A stretch of DNA of 64,000 bases, taken from an uncultured Methanosarcinales archaeon (lineage in GTDB: Archaea; Halobacteriota; Methanosarcinia; Methanotrichales; Methanotrichaceae). This document shows, one piece after another, positions 63,539-64,000 of the stretch. A model generated the notes under the pieces. That model saw nothing but the letters and a program-made list of their open reading frames with translations, did no database searches and was not told the origin of the DNA. The position numbers and the translations under genes are program-made. Numbering within the stretch: the first letter of the stretch is position 1; each line of letters starts with the position of its first letter. The stretch covers positions 64,001 through 128,000 of the forward strand of contig CAWJKV010000010.1 of assembly GCA_963843555.1 (NCBI GenBank). Reading direction: 5' to 3'.

Positions 63539-64000
63539 TTGAAGATAATTCATCTGGCCGATTCGCATTTGGGATTCTCCAGCTACAGCCGTATGGATGA
63601 GCACGGCCAGAACCGGATAGAAGAGATGGTCTACTCCGGATTTGATCAGGCCATAGACAAGATCATTCAAGCCCGTCCCGATGCCGTTGTCCATGCGGGT
63701 GATGTCTTCCACCACGTCCGACCCAAGATCAGACCACTGGTGGTCTTCCAAAGAGGTTTGCATCGGTTGATGGAAGAGGGCATACCTGTGATCATAATCA
63801 GCGGCAACCACGACGCCCCCAAGAGCTTTTCTCTGACCAGCCCCTTCCGGCTCTTCGAGGGCCTGCGGGATGTGCATATTGCCCAGCGTTATAAGTACGA
63901 ACGCTTTCAGGTCGGAGACCACGATTTTCACTGCATTCCCTTCTGCCTGGAACCGCAGGATTACCTGACCGAGTTTGAGAGAATCGAGCGCTCGGGGAAA
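63539..64000 (+). CDS. mre11: Mre11/SbcD nuclease (3'-truncated by window edge)
   Basis: MKIIHLADSHLG, AGDVFH, SGNHD; TTG start at 63539. Confidence 0.92.
   Translation, partial: MKIIHLADSHLGFSSYSRMDEHGQNRIEEMVYSGFDQAIDKIIQARPDAVVHAGDVFHHVRPKIRPLVVFQRGLHRLMEEGIPVIIISGNHDAPKSFSLTSPFRLFEGLRDVHIAQRYKYERFQVGDHDFHCIPFCLEPQDYLTEFERIERSGK

Noticed and set aside
1..64000. CRISPR array, cas genes, rRNA, integrase/prophage
   Set aside because: No regularly spaced repeat-spacer pattern, rRNA-like sequence or integrase motif seen. No att-like duplicate of the tRNA-His 3' end was noticed.

Overview
This 64-kb window is archaeal chromosome from a methanogen, most likely Methanothrix/Methanosaeta-like. 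That call is inferred from the methanogen-type SerRS, methanogenesis marker 11, TFB, MCM, archaeal DnaG, uS15, Pcc1, and NurA-HerA-Mre11. It is mostly housekeeping operons plus one tRNA-His(GUG). Four accessory patches interrupt them: (i) toxin-antitoxin genes at about 5.5-6.0 and 9.9-11.3 kb; (ii) a region of stress-response and cell-surface genes at about 20-37 kb, with several real pseudogenes and an internally deleted IS256; (iii) an AT-richer island at 43.1-46.9 kb; and (iv) a decaying, duplicated MarR/nitroreductase region with an IS1 remnant at 57.3-60.6 kb. The island in (iii) encodes a radical SAM/SPASM maturase, a ricin-lectin/beta-gamma-crystallin mosaic protein and the 3' half of a RiPP-type B12 radical SAM methyltransferase. 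It is the best candidate for an undescribed system, a protein-modification (RiPP-like) cassette, but it is broken by a deletion or misjoin at about 45,985. About a dozen otherwise intact conserved genes carry single-base frameshifts, most likely sequencing or assembly indels. All family assignments are from motif recognition by eye; no searches were run.
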